Positions 1-11,058 of a DNA stretch of 64,000 nucleotides are shown piece by piece. The DNA lies in the NCBI GenBank assembly GCA_030638735.1, contig DAOWEB010000162.1:1416-65415 (forward strand), read 5' to 3'. The position numbers and the translations under genes were made by a program. The first letter of the stretch is position 1. Every line of letters starts with the position of its first letter. Below the pieces are notes generated by a model. That model was given only the letters and a program-made list of their open reading frames with translations. It searched no databases and was not told where the DNA came from. This DNA comes from Spirochaetaceae bacterium. GTDB lineage: Bacteria > Spirochaetota > Spirochaetia > B11-G9.

Positions 1-15
1 TTAATTCATTCAGAT

Positions 16-1119
16 ATGATCAAAGTTGATAATATCCGATCAATTAATGGTACACCAACTGCGGCTGCTGTAGAGCAAGTAAGCCATATAGGTTATGATG
101 GAGCTACTGTTGGAACTGAGATTGAAGCTGTGAATAGTAAACTCTATGTAGTAAGAGTTAATCTTTTAGAAACAGATATCACTGGTTTCGGTCAGGAGGT
201 AATTCTGAATTCACCATATAAATCTGATTCTACTGCTACTCAAGATGAGGTTGCCCTTGGTGTAGCCCTGGCAATGTCTCGTACAATGCGCAGACAAGCA
301 CAAAGACCTATTAAAGTAGAGATGTTAAATTCAGCAACAGTTACTGCAGGAAATGATTTCCTTGGAAATTCAACGGTTGTTAATGGAGCTTCTTCATTTA
401 CTAATACTGAAAGTGGAGCTACTGGTGATGGTGGAGTTTATGCTACATCTACAGCAATCGTTGTCGGTGACTATGTAAGAATTGGAACTGTTGCTGGAGG
501 TACTGCTTTAACAAGTGGTGTTTATAAAGTAACTGCTATTAGTGGGGTAAGTACTGCTCTTGCTACAATTACCGTAGATCGTCCAATTGAGGCTGCTACA
601 GGAGCGTATGCAGCTGGTACTTCAGATATTGAGGTTATTCCTGCTGCAACTGCTATTGCTGCTGATTATGGAATACAGCTTACTGGTATTGCAAGAGATT
701 TTGGTGTGAAGAAATATAAGTATTCAAAAGTTTCTTTCAAGGTAGGATTAGATACTTCAGAATCATTTGGAGATACTGATGTTACATATACTACAGCAAT
801 GTCTCTTGGAGTTGGTACTTATGAGCAGGTTGCTCAGTTAGAATATGAACTTCTTGGTAATTCCGGGAATGTGTATCGAGGTGATTTCATGTATGTAGCT
901 GAAAGAGCAGATGCTGTTTCTGGTGAATCATATGATATGATTGGTATAAACTTCTACGGAGATCATCCAACCGAAGGGATTGGTGCTACTCCAAGAAGGT
1001 CTAAGCAACTTTTAATTGCTATGGGAAGTAGTTATCTCACTACTGAGTCTGGTGACATTATTGTCGAGATATTAGAAGCTTATACTACAATAGATCTAGG
1101 AACTCTGAATAGAACTTAA
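16..1119 (+). CDS. virion structural protein, possible major capsid protein
   Basis: 367-aa ATG-started ORF, rich in Ala/Thr/Gly/Val. It is the first gene of the + strand structural block and is followed directly by a strong intrinsic terminator (1145-1182), as is common for highly expressed capsid genes. No diagnostic motif recognised. Confidence 0.4.
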   Translation: MIKVDNIRSINGTPTAAAVEQVSHIGYDGATVGTEIEAVNSKLYVVRVNLLETDITGFGQEVILNSPYKSDSTATQDEVALGVALAMSRTMRRQAQRPIKVEMLNSATVTAGNDFLGNSTVVNGASSFTNTESGATGDGGVYATSTAIVVGDYVRIGTVAGGTALTSGVYKVTAISGVSTALATITVDRPIEAATGAYAAGTSDIEVIPAATAIAADYGIQLTGIARDFGVKKYKYSKVSFKVGLDTSESFGDTDVTYTTAMSLGVGTYEQVAQLEYELLGNSGNVYRGDFMYVAERADAVSGESYDMIGINFYGDHPTEGIGATPRRSKQLLIAMGSSYLTTESGDIIVEILEAYTTIDLGTLNRT

Positions 1120-1144
1120 TATATAGCTTTTAAGATGTTAATAA

Positions 1145-1182
1145 GGGGGAATGGAATGGATAATCTATTCCCCTATTTTTTT
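1145..1182 (+). terminator. Rho-independent terminator after the first structural gene
   Basis: Hairpin with left arm 1146-1155 (ggggaatgga) pairing with right arm 1164-1173 (tctattcccc). This gives 10 bp including one G.U, an 8-nt loop, and a following a+T7 run (1175-1182). Confidence 0.75.
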
Positions 1183-1203
1183 ACAAACTTAAATTGAAAA
1201 GCT

Positions 1204-2699
<1,496 letters not shown>

Positions 2700-2710
2700 G
2701 ATAGTATAAA

Positions 2711-3940
2711 ATGGCACAATATGATACCATATTATCACAGAACACAGCTGGAGCAGGGATTACCTATACAGAACGTATTGTAAATATATCTAAAGGTGAT
2801 ATATTATCTGCTACTGCAGGTCAGGTTCCTACTATACTTGCAGCAGGATCAGATACTTATGTGTTAATAAGAGATGATGCAGAAGCCACAGGGCTTAATT
2901 GGGCAGAAATTACAAGTTTATTAACTGCTGTAACTGTTGCCCAGGGAGGAACAGGAATCGCTACAGTAGCAGCTGATTGTTTATTAACAGGAAATGGAAC
3001 GGATCCATTGACCGTTGAAAGTACTTTGAAATTTTCAGCTGGATTATTAAAAATTATTGATAGTACGGATTCTGAGAAGGAATTAAGACTTGATGCAAAT
3101 TCAGTAGATAATAATGCTGTATCTATATATCATTGGGATACTGATGGTGAGGATTTCCAGGATTTAATTCTAGGAGGAACAGCAAAGAATAGTGGTATTT
3201 ATATCAAATCAGATATTGGAAAAATTGGAATATTTAATGATGCTCCTGCATATGAATTAGACTTAACCGGTACTTTACTGGTAAGTCAGAATCTTCACTT
3301 AACAAATCTGGCAGCAACAACTTCAGCATTGCTTGTTATTGATGCTGCAGGGCTTGTCGCTATAAAGGAATTACCCAATGTTAGTAGTACTGAAGTTCTA
3401 ACTGTTGATGCAAGTTATAATATCAGTTCGACAACAATTAATAATATACTCGAAGTTAACCTGGTAAATGATGATAGGATTATTAATAATTCCAGTACAA
3501 TAGTACTGGCACACACATATACAATTACAAATGCAGCTTATGAGGCTTTGGCTCCGAATGGAACTATTAAGTATACCGTAGCTTTTAAAAGAGATGATAG
3601 TGGTGGTATAGGATCACATGGAACAATTGATTTTTGGTTAAGACTAGGAACTGAAAATATTGTTCACATGGCAGCAGAAAATTCTGATCAGTATACTACT
3701 CATATACTTGAGATTGAAGTAATGCCATTAAACGGAACACTGAGTCTTGGAACAATAAAAATATTTAGTTATGGTGAAGGACAGGATCCGGTTGTTGTTA
3801 ATAAGGTTGGTTATACAGGAATTGTGGATAATGGTTTTGCAACTCATGGTGCAGGAAATGATTTAAATTTATATGTAAAAGATTCGGAAACAGATAGTGA
3901 AGTCTGGATGCAAATGATAAGAATAGAAAAAATAGAATAA
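2711..3940 (+). CDS. tail fibre protein (short), sharing an N-terminal domain with the next gene
   Basis: 409-aa ORF. Its first ~65 aa (MAQYDTILSQNTAGAGITY...ATGLNW) align at roughly 50 percent identity with the N-terminus of the 2,072-aa fibre. It also has an AQGGTG motif like the repeated ADGGTG of the large fibre. Confidence 0.6.
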   Translation: MAQYDTILSQNTAGAGITYTERIVNISKGDILSATAGQVPTILAAGSDTYVLIRDDAEATGLNWAEITSLLTAVTVAQGGTGIATVAADCLLTGNGTDPLTVESTLKFSAGLLKIIDSTDSEKELRLDANSVDNNAVSIYHWDTDGEDFQDLILGGTAKNSGIYIKSDIGKIGIFNDAPAYELDLTGTLLVSQNLHLTNLAATTSALLVIDAAGLVAIKELPNVSSTEVLTVDASYNISSTTINNILEVNLVNDDRIINNSSTIVLAHTYTITNAAYEALAPNGTIKYTVAFKRDDSGGIGSHGTIDFWLRLGTENIVHMAAENSDQYTTHILEIEVMPLNGTLSLGTIKIFSYGEGQDPVVVNKVGYTGIVDNGFATHGAGNDLNLYVKDSETDSEVWMQMIRIEKIE

Positions 3941-6900
3941 ATGGCTCAGTTTGATCTTCTATTATCACAAAATACAGAACTTGCAGGAATTGATTATGCT
4001 GCAAAAATCGTTAATATTACTAAAGGCGATTTATTAACAGCGAACACATCTCAAACTCCTGTGATTCATTCTGTTGGTGCTAATGGAAAGATCTTAGCTG
4101 CAGATAGTACAGAGACAACAGGATTAAATTGGGTTGATTATATTTCTGCTCATAGTCAACTAAGTGGATTAACCGGTACAGATCACCATACTCATTACGC
4201 TTTACTTGCAGGTAGAATAGATGATGTTTTACATATTGATGATATTCATGAATATTCCGCTGATGCTGGAGTTACCGTTGACGAGGTACTACTTAAAAAT
4301 GGTAATATAACAATCACTGATAATGATGCTGTCTTTTTTGGTACAGGAGGAATACTAGATTCTTATTTCACATATGATGGATCCAACTTTTATAACGAAG
4401 TTATAGCGGGTGATTATTATTTGAGATTAACATCGGATAATGATAATGCTATAGTTGCAGAAGCCAACGGACCAGTATCACTTTACTATAGTGATAGTGT
4501 TAAATTTGCTACAAGTAATGCAGGATCCACCACTACAGGAATTGCATCCGTAACAGGTAGTGTTTTAGTTGATATAATAGTTGAATATACTGGTGCTGTT
4601 GGTGTAACTATAGAGGGAGTATTACTAAAAGATAATGGTATTACTGCAGGAGGAGTATGGGAGCCTACCATAGCCCAAGATTTAACCACGAAAGCATATG
4701 TAGATGCATTAGCCGAAACAATAGTATATCCTGTTGCGTCTATTAATGATGTAGCCTCTGATGGTATTACAGGTGATTTTGGTTCACTAGGAACTCCACT
4801 GGATGCTGATATATTACAAATAGAAGAATTAGCAGCCGATCCGGGTTTTGATGTTAGATTTACTGTAAATGATGTAGTTGAGTTTAACAGTATATTACTT
4901 TATTCTAAATATACCGGAGGATCTAATCATTCTATTCTTATAGAACTTTATAATCCAGATACTACTAATTGGGATCAAGTTGAGGAATTTACAGATGAAA
5001 CGGCTTTTGTTATACATGCTATTCCAATTATAGATGGAGATACTTATATAGATTCTGGAACTGTAATATTCAGGATTTACCATGATGATACAGGTGATAT
5101 TACTCATTACCAGGAGATAGATTATGCTGTACTTCGTAAAACACCAGTTCTTGGTGGCGGTGGAGTTACTTCTCATGGTGCTTTAACGGGTCTTGATGTT
5201 GTTGCTGATCATCCATATGCATTGTTAATTGACGGTACAAGAGCCCTTGCCGGGGCCTGGGACATGGGTAATCAGGTATTAACTAACGTAAACATAGACT
5301 CAGGCGTTATAACAGGGATAACAGATTTATTGGTTGCAGATGGTGGTACGGGTGCTGGTACATTCACAGATCATGGTGTATTGGTTGGTTCTGGTACTGG
5401 TGCTATTACAGCATTAACAGTAGGTACGGATGGACAATTATTAGTTGGTGATTCTGCAAATGATCCGGTATTTGCTACACTAGGAACTTCTGCTGCACTT
5501 AGTATTTCAACTGGAGCAGGGACCTTAACTATTAATCATTTAACTACAACAGGATATAAACATATTCCTGTAAGTGGAGCATCAGCACAAATATTACAAT
5601 ATTCTGCTGCCGGAACAGCTAAATGGATTACCGTATCAGGAGATGTTACAATAGCAGACGGAGGGGCAATTACTATAGGTTTAAATAAAGTTCACGACTC
5701 GATGATTGATTGGGGAACGGGCGCCAGCCAGGTTAGTGCCGTTGACGTTCCTATTGCTGATTCTGGTGGGTACTTTACGGGTAGTGAGCTTGAAACGGCT
5801 TTACAGGAGATATATCCAGCATTTGCTTCGACTACAATTGGTTCTTCCGGGGGAACACTTGTGGGCTTAGATAGTATTAGTACTCCAACATATAATGATC
5901 TTCAGGATTATGTTAATCAATTTGGACAAAGAACAAAGATAACAGGAATTGATATAACAGATAATTATGACGGAACTGTAAATATATCGTCTGGTACTGC
6001 ATGGTGTAAGACAACTTCTTCTATAAATGCAGCCGGAGCTTTCTTTAATTTTGCTGGTGGAGATTCAGATGATGTTAGTGGAGCATTAACAGATCTTAGT
6101 GCAAATTATATATATCTTGATTATAATGGAGGGACACCACAGATAGTTCATGATACAACAGGTGCTTTACTTGGACACTTTGACCATATAGTATTAGGTC
6201 AAGTATTTAGACATGGTACTCACGCTCATATAATAAATGGAGAGGAAACAGGTCTTGATATAGGACACAAAACAAAGTTAAGGTTTTTCCAAGAAGGGGG
6301 AGCAACAAGAGTATCGGGTATGATTACTTCGTCCACGGGGACAAGGAATCTTATTGTTTCTTTGGGTGCGTTTTGGATGGGGCTTACAAGGATAGTGTCA
6401 TTATCTTTTGATTCTAGTGCAGTTGATTCTGGTACGGCGACATCTACTGAGGTTGATTATCTTAATGATTCTGGTGCTTCATTTACTCTTAATGATGTAA
6501 ATAAGAAATTACATAACACAACCGATGACACTTATACAACTGTTGTAGAATTTATGAGTTCGACCAGGTTGAGAGTAAAAGATGATATATTTGTAAATAC
6601 TGAAGGATATGATTTATATAATGCCTGGGATAGTTGGTATACAGATGATAGTGGTACAACATGGACTCAAGTTGAAGGAAATACTCAAATAGACAATGCA
6701 AATTGGAATGATATTACATCTGGACTTGATGCGCTTACACCTAATAAATATGCAGTTCATTGGTTATATTTAGATTTAGAAGGGGCACATCTTCATATGG
6801 TTTATGGACAGGGGGATTATACCGCAGCAGATGCCGAAGACACATCAGTACCATCTATTCTTCCAAATATAGCATCTGCATTTGGTGTTCTTATAGCTAA

Positions 6901-9900
6901 GATAATTGTTCAAGAAGGTGAGGATACATTAATTATTACTTATCCCTGGACATCTGCATTTTCATCATCACTTGCTCAGGTTCATGGAAACTTAACCGGA
7001 CTTTCAGAAGTAGCCGATCACCCCTATGCTTTACTAATTGATGGTACCAGGAATCTTACTGGTGCGTGGAATTTAGATAGTCAGAATTTAACCAATGTAA
7101 ATATTGATAGCGGAACAATAGATGGAGCCACAATAGCGACATCAGATATTACAGTAGGAGTAGGTAAAACTTTAGATGTAAGTGCAGGAACGTTAACGCT
7201 TGCAAATAATCAGATAAGCGGAGATAAGGTAGAGGGTGGTACTATTAATGCGATTACGATTACTACAGCTAGTATTGGAACTTTAGGAAGTGCTCTAGAT
7301 GCTAATAGCCAAGCTATTACAAATATAAATATAGATTCGGGTGTTATAACGGGTATAACTGATTTACTGGTTGCTGATGGGGGAACAGGAAGAAGCACTT
7401 CAACAACGGCTTATGGACTTATTGCCGCCGGTACTGTTGCTACCGGAGCACATCAAACATTAGCAGCCGGCTTAACAACACAGGTATTAATTGGTGGTGG
7501 TGCTGCAGCTTTACCTGCTTGGGGAACAGATATTCATACAGATGTTACAATAGGTACTGCATATATCTATAGAGTAGGTGGAACAGATATATCTATAGCA
7601 GACGGGGGAACAGGAGCAGGTACAGCAATAGAAGGGTTTGATGCATTATCACCAATAACAACTACAGGAGATATTATATATGGTGGAGCAGCTGGTACGA
7701 ATACAAGATTAGCAGCCGGAACAGAAGCTCAGGTTTTAACAGCACACGGGGCAGCATCACCGACATGGGAAAATCCCACTGTTGGTATTGTTACATCTAT
7801 TGGGGAAGGGGTTTTAACAGATATTTCAGGTACAGCAGCGGTTCCTATTGTAGATGTAGATTTATCAGAATTAGCAACATCAGTATCAGATTATGATGGA
7901 GATTTCTTCGTTGTTGTAGATGATGGAGATGCTCAATATAAATTAACTAAAGCTAATATAGCATTAAGTGGATTTGATAATGATACTCCATTTTTAGTAT
8001 CGGCTGATTTATCAGGATATTTATTAAATACTTCTGACACTTTAGATGGTGATTTAACTATTACTACAGGGACTATTAAAATAGCAACTCTTGGTGATGG
8101 GAAGATTCCTTACCACGTTGATGATGCTACGGGATTAGTTGATAGTCCTATTTCAGTTAGTGGAATAGATATAATTATAACAGGAACGCTTGATGTTTAT
8201 GAAGATGGCTCAATAATAAGTAATGACGTTGCTATATTTGGTGAAGAAGATTCAACGGGATATTGGAAAATTAGAAATGCTGGAAATCCAACAACAAGAA
8301 GAATATTGGAGGGGTATTTAGGAACATCTGAGAAGATTCATTTTGATCCTGGAGCAGCGGCCTCATTCTTTGATACAGGTGGAAATATAGAAATTAGAAG
8401 TGGCACCCTCAAAGTAAACACCATAGAGGACTACTCAGGAGATTTAGTAACGATAGGGAATAATACTGCTATAACAGGGGAGCTAAATACAACATCTGAA
8501 ACTATACAAAGTACAACTCCTAATATGTATCTATATGAAACAGATGCTCCTGCTGATGAAAAATATTATAGGTTTGTTTCAAGTGGAGGGGAGTTTTACA
8601 TTCAAACTCGTACAGATGCAAAGGCTGTTGGTGTTAATATAATGAGAGTTATAAGAACTGGAACAAATGTAGATGAAATTGAGTGGAGAGGGGATATATT
8701 ACAATTAATCAGTCCTGATATACAATTAACAGGAGACACCACTATAACAGGGGACTTAATTGTTGATACAAATCTGTTGGTTGTTGATGCAGTGGCCAAC
8801 ACCGTTAGTATAAGGGGTGATTTAACTGAGTCAAGGGATGGAATTGCTATTATTGAAATAATTGCAAGCAACACCGTGAATGGTATAATTGGAACAGATA
8901 CAGATCATGACTTATTGTTACGAAGGAATAATGCAGAGAAATTAAGATTAGTTTCTGCAGGCGTAAACATAACAGGAGACACCACTATAACAGGGGACTT
9001 GGAGTTTACAACTATTAATGCAGGAGCATGGGAAGGAACTGCTATAGCTATAGGATATGGGGGAACGGGAGAGGCTACTGCTACAGCGGGATTTGATGCA
9101 TTATCTCCAATGACAACGGTGGGAGATATAATATATGGTGGAGCAAGTGGAACAGGAACAAGATTAGCAGATGGGACAGTAGGACAGGTATTAACTACAG
9201 ATGGTGCTGGTGCTATATCGTGGGGATCAGCAATAGGAGATGTAATTGCCGATGTAGCAACTACAGAAAATGATTTGGCTGTATGGGATGCTACATCAAA
9301 ACATATTAAAGATACTAGTGGAGAATTTACTTGGGTTAGTGGTTTGTTAACAATGGTTGGTAGATTTGTTTTAAGTGATGGGGCTGGTTCAAATAGTATA
9401 TATATAGGAAGTGGTGCTGGAGCCGTTGATGATAATACTAATAATCATAATATAGGTATTGGAGTTAACTCTTTAAATGATCTTACCGTTGGAACATATA
9501 ATATTGCAATAGGTGAACTGGCATTAGATGCTAATGTGTCTGGTCATTACAATATAGCTATAGGGCAGGGGTCGCTTGGAGCTTTTAATGTAACAACCAC
9601 TTCTACTTACAATGTGGCATTAGGTCATAACAGTGGTATCAATCTTACTACAGGAACACGTAATGTTTTTATAGGTAATAGTACGGCTGGAGGAATAACT
9701 ACTGGCAGTAATAATACAATAATAGGAGATGATGTTGATGGTCTTGCTATAGATTTAGAAGATAATATAATTTTAGCTTATGGGGGTGGAAATATTAGGG
9801 CACAATACAATGGAACCACATGGGCTTTTACTGGAGCTACAACAGTTAGCAATACTGTTACAGCAACAAACTTTTTATTATCTTCCGATGAAAGATTAAA

Positions 9901-10159
9901 AACAAATATATCCACTATTGTTACATCTCCTATAGATGTAGAATATAAAGAATTTGAGTTAATATCTGAACCTGGTCAGCGTAGATATGGAATTTTAGCT
10001 CAGGATTTACAGAAAGAACATCCTGAATTAGTCAGAGAAGATAGTGAAGGTATGTTAAGTGTGGCGTATGTCGACTTGCTTGTAATGGAAGTTGCTTCAT
10101 TAAAAAAACGTAATATTGAATTAGAAAATAGATTATCAGAATTAGAAAATAAAAATTGA
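3941..10159 (+). CDS. large tail fibre or spike protein with C-terminal S74-type intramolecular chaperone domain
   Basis: 2,072-aa ORF with internal sequence repeats and Gly/Thr-rich beta-type stretches. The C-terminus (SSDERLKTNI...YGILAQDLQKEHPELV...coiled coil) matches the auto-cleaving chaperone domain of endosialidase and T5 L-shaped fibre proteins. Confidence 0.85.
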   Translation: MAQFDLLLSQNTELAGIDYAAKIVNITKGDLLTANTSQTPVIHSVGANGKILAADSTETTGLNWVDYISAHSQLSGLTGTDHHTHYALLAGRIDDVLHIDDIHEYSADAGVTVDEVLLKNGNITITDNDAVFFGTGGILDSYFTYDGSNFYNEVIAGDYYLRLTSDNDNAIVAEANGPVSLYYSDSVKFATSNAGSTTTGIASVTGSVLVDIIVEYTGAVGVTIEGVLLKDNGITAGGVWEPTIAQDLTTKAYVDALAETIVYPVASINDVASDGITGDFGSLGTPLDADILQIEELAADPGFDVRFTVNDVVEFNSILLYSKYTGGSNHSILIELYNPDTTNWDQVEEFTDETAFVIHAIPIIDGDTYIDSGTVIFRIYHDDTGDITHYQEIDYAVLRKTPVLGGGGVTSHGALTGLDVVADHPYALLIDGTRALAGAWDMGNQVLTNVNIDSGVITGITDLLVADGGTGAGTFTDHGVLVGSGTGAITALTVGTDGQLLVGDSANDPVFATLGTSAALSISTGAGTLTINHLTTTGYKHIPVSGASAQILQYSAAGTAKWITVSGDVTIADGGAITIGLNKVHDSMIDWGTGASQVSAVDVPIADSGGYFTGSELETALQEIYPAFASTTIGSSGGTLVGLDSISTPTYNDLQDYVNQFGQRTKITGIDITDNYDGTVNISSGTAWCKTTSSINAAGAFFNFAGGDSDDVSGALTDLSANYIYLDYNGGTPQIVHDTTGALLGHFDHIVLGQVFRHGTHAHIINGEETGLDIGHKTKLRFFQEGGATRVSGMITSSTGTRNLIVSLGAFWMGLTRIVSLSFDSSAVDSGTATSTEVDYLNDSGASFTLNDVNKKLHNTTDDTYTTVVEFMSSTRLRVKDDIFVNTEGYDLYNAWDSWYTDDSGTTWTQVEGNTQIDNANWNDITSGLDALTPNKYAVHWLYLDLEGAHLHMVYGQGDYTAADAEDTSVPSILPNIASAFGVLIAKIIVQEGEDTLIITYPWTSAFSSSLAQVHGNLTGLSEVADHPYALLIDGTRNLTGAWNLDSQNLTNVNIDSGTIDGATIATSDITVGVGKTLDVSAGTLTLANNQISGDKVEGGTINAITITTASIGTLGSALDANSQAITNINIDSGVITGITDLLVADGGTGRSTSTTAYGLIAAGTVATGAHQTLAAGLTTQVLIGGGAAALPAWGTDIHTDVTIGTAYIYRVGGTDISIADGGTGAGTAIEGFDALSPITTTGDIIYGGAAGTNTRLAAGTEAQVLTAHGAASPTWENPTVGIVTSIGEGVLTDISGTAAVPIVDVDLSELATSVSDYDGDFFVVVDDGDAQYKLTKANIALSGFDNDTPFLVSADLSGYLLNTSDTLDGDLTITTGTIKIATLGDGKIPYHVDDATGLVDSPISVSGIDIIITGTLDVYEDGSIISNDVAIFGEEDSTGYWKIRNAGNPTTRRILEGYLGTSEKIHFDPGAAASFFDTGGNIEIRSGTLKVNTIEDYSGDLVTIGNNTAITGELNTTSETIQSTTPNMYLYETDAPADEKYYRFVSSGGEFYIQTRTDAKAVGVNIMRVIRTGTNVDEIEWRGDILQLISPDIQLTGDTTITGDLIVDTNLLVVDAVANTVSIRGDLTESRDGIAIIEIIASNTVNGIIGTDTDHDLLLRRNNAEKLRLVSAGVNITGDTTITGDLEFTTINAGAWEGTAIAIGYGGTGEATATAGFDALSPMTTVGDIIYGGASGTGTRLADGTVGQVLTTDGAGAISWGSAIGDVIADVATTENDLAVWDATSKHIKDTSGEFTWVSGLLTMVGRFVLSDGAGSNSIYIGSGAGAVDDNTNNHNIGIGVNSLNDLTVGTYNIAIGELALDANVSGHYNIAIGQGSLGAFNVTTTSTYNVALGHNSGINLTTGTRNVFIGNSTAGGITTGSNNTIIGDDVDGLAIDLEDNIILAYGGGNIRAQYNGTTWAFTGATTVSNTVTATNFLLSSDERLKTNISTIVTSPIDVEYKEFELISEPGQRRYGILAQDLQKEHPELVREDSEGMLSVAYVDLLVMEVASLKKRNIELENRLSELENKN
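5171..5353 (+). repeat. intragenic repeat copy A (SHGALTGLDVVADHPYALLIDGTRALAGAW...NVNIDSGVITGITDLLVADGGTG)
   Basis: The protein-level repeat recurs at 6983-7113 (first half) and 7322-7390 (second half, also clearly similar at nucleotide level). Confidence 0.85.
6983..7113 (+). repeat. intragenic repeat copy B (HGNLTGLSEVADHPYALLIDGTRNLTGAW...NVNIDSG)
   Basis: Aligns with 5174-5310 of the same gene. Confidence 0.85.
7322..7390 (+). repeat. intragenic repeat copy C (NINIDSGVITGITDLLVADGGTG)
   Basis: Near-identical peptide to the second half of copy A. Confidence 0.85.
7634..7768 (+). repeat. intragenic repeat (GFDALSPITTTGDIIYGGAAGTNTRLAAGTEAQVLT...W), copy 1
   Basis: Recurs at 9089-9223 as GFDALSPMTTVGDIIYGGASGTGTRLADGTVGQVLT...W. 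Confidence 0.85.
9089..9223 (+). repeat. intragenic repeat (GFDALSPMTTVGDIIYGGASGTGTRLADGT...), copy 2
   Basis: Pairs with 7634-7768. Confidence 0.85.
9881..10156 (+). other. S74-type intramolecular chaperone / auto-proteolysis domain of the large fibre
   Basis: SDERLKTNI signature, then YGILAQDLQKEHPELV, and a terminal leucine/glutamate-rich coiled coil (LKKRNIELENRLSELENKN). Confidence 0.75.
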
Positions 10160-10160
10160 T

Positions 10161-10964
10161 ATGCCAATTCCAAACACAGATTCGTTTTCACTTCAAGATG
10201 TTGTAGATGAAATTAATCCTACAACAGATGATTTGGTAGATTGTTTTGCTGATGCAGATGCTAATTTATTCGATCCATTATATGAAGGAAGTAAAAATAG
10301 TTTGTTGAATTTTAGAAATTATGGTAATGCATTGAAAGATAAAGATGGAAATGCTTATACTATTGTTGAAATTAATGGACAACAATGGATAGTTGAAAAT
10401 TTAAGAGTTATAACATATGCTGATGATGCTGCTATAACCAATATTACAGTTATGGCAACTTGGGCAGCAGATACTACTGGAGCATATTGTTATTATGATA
10501 ATGATGCTGGTACATACGAAGAGGATTACGGATGTTTGTATAATTGGTATGCTGTAGATAATGCTTCTGGTTTAGCTTATCTTGAAAGGGGTGGCGTTCA
10601 AGAGGCTGGTTGGAGAGTACCTACAAAAACAGATTATGAAGATTTAGAAACTTATTTAGAAACATTAGGTTCTTATCCCGGGGGACGGTTAAAAGAAATA
10701 GGAACAAGTCATTGGGATAGTCCTAATTCTGAAGCAACAGATCAATTTGGTTTTCTTTTACTCCCAGGTGGATATAGAAGGGGTAATACTTCTGATTTTT
10801 ATCAATTAGGTACTCATGCTAATTTATGGTCTGCTACGGATTTTGATACTGATGAAGCTTATACTGTTCAAATTGCTTATAATAGTGGAGGTATGATTGT
10901 TGCTTATCTTAATGTTTATAAATATTATGGAAGAAGTGTAAGATTAGTAAGAGATATACCTTAA
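10161..10964 (+). CDS. FISUMP (Fibrobacter succinogenes major paralogous) domain protein, candidate receptor-binding accessory protein
   Basis: DKDGNAYTIVEINGQQWIVENLR...GCLYNWYAV...GWRVPTKTDYEDL...GGRLKE...HWDSPN...TDQFGFLLLPGGYR...ANLWSAT matches the recalled TIGR02145 pattern. The start lies 1 nt after the fibre stop. Confidence 0.8.
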   Translation: MPIPNTDSFSLQDVVDEINPTTDDLVDCFADADANLFDPLYEGSKNSLLNFRNYGNALKDKDGNAYTIVEINGQQWIVENLRVITYADDAAITNITVMATWAADTTGAYCYYDNDAGTYEEDYGCLYNWYAVDNASGLAYLERGGVQEAGWRVPTKTDYEDLETYLETLGSYPGGRLKEIGTSHWDSPNSEATDQFGFLLLPGGYRRGNTSDFYQLGTHANLWSATDFDTDEAYTVQIAYNSGGMIVAYLNVYKYYGRSVRLVRDIP

Positions 10965-11058
10965 AATTATATTAACTAAATAAGAAAAAACACTTGTATA
11001 GAAATATTTTGTAATTTTATAAACGCAGCAATTAGTATTAATTTAAAAATGACAGGTT

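Noticed and set aside
5171-9223. Fibre-internal repeats as a possible diversity-generating retroelement (TR/VR pair)
   Set aside because: There is no reverse transcriptase gene in the window. The repeats differ at all base types rather than specifically at adenines. They sit in the shaft rather than in a C-terminal lectin-fold tip.
10965-11058. The 94-nt AT-rich intergenic gap as a Bacteroidota-type promoter (TTTG / TAnnTTTG)
   Set aside because: Only an imperfect TATTTTG is present, with no properly spaced -33 TTTG. This cannot be supported without transcript data.
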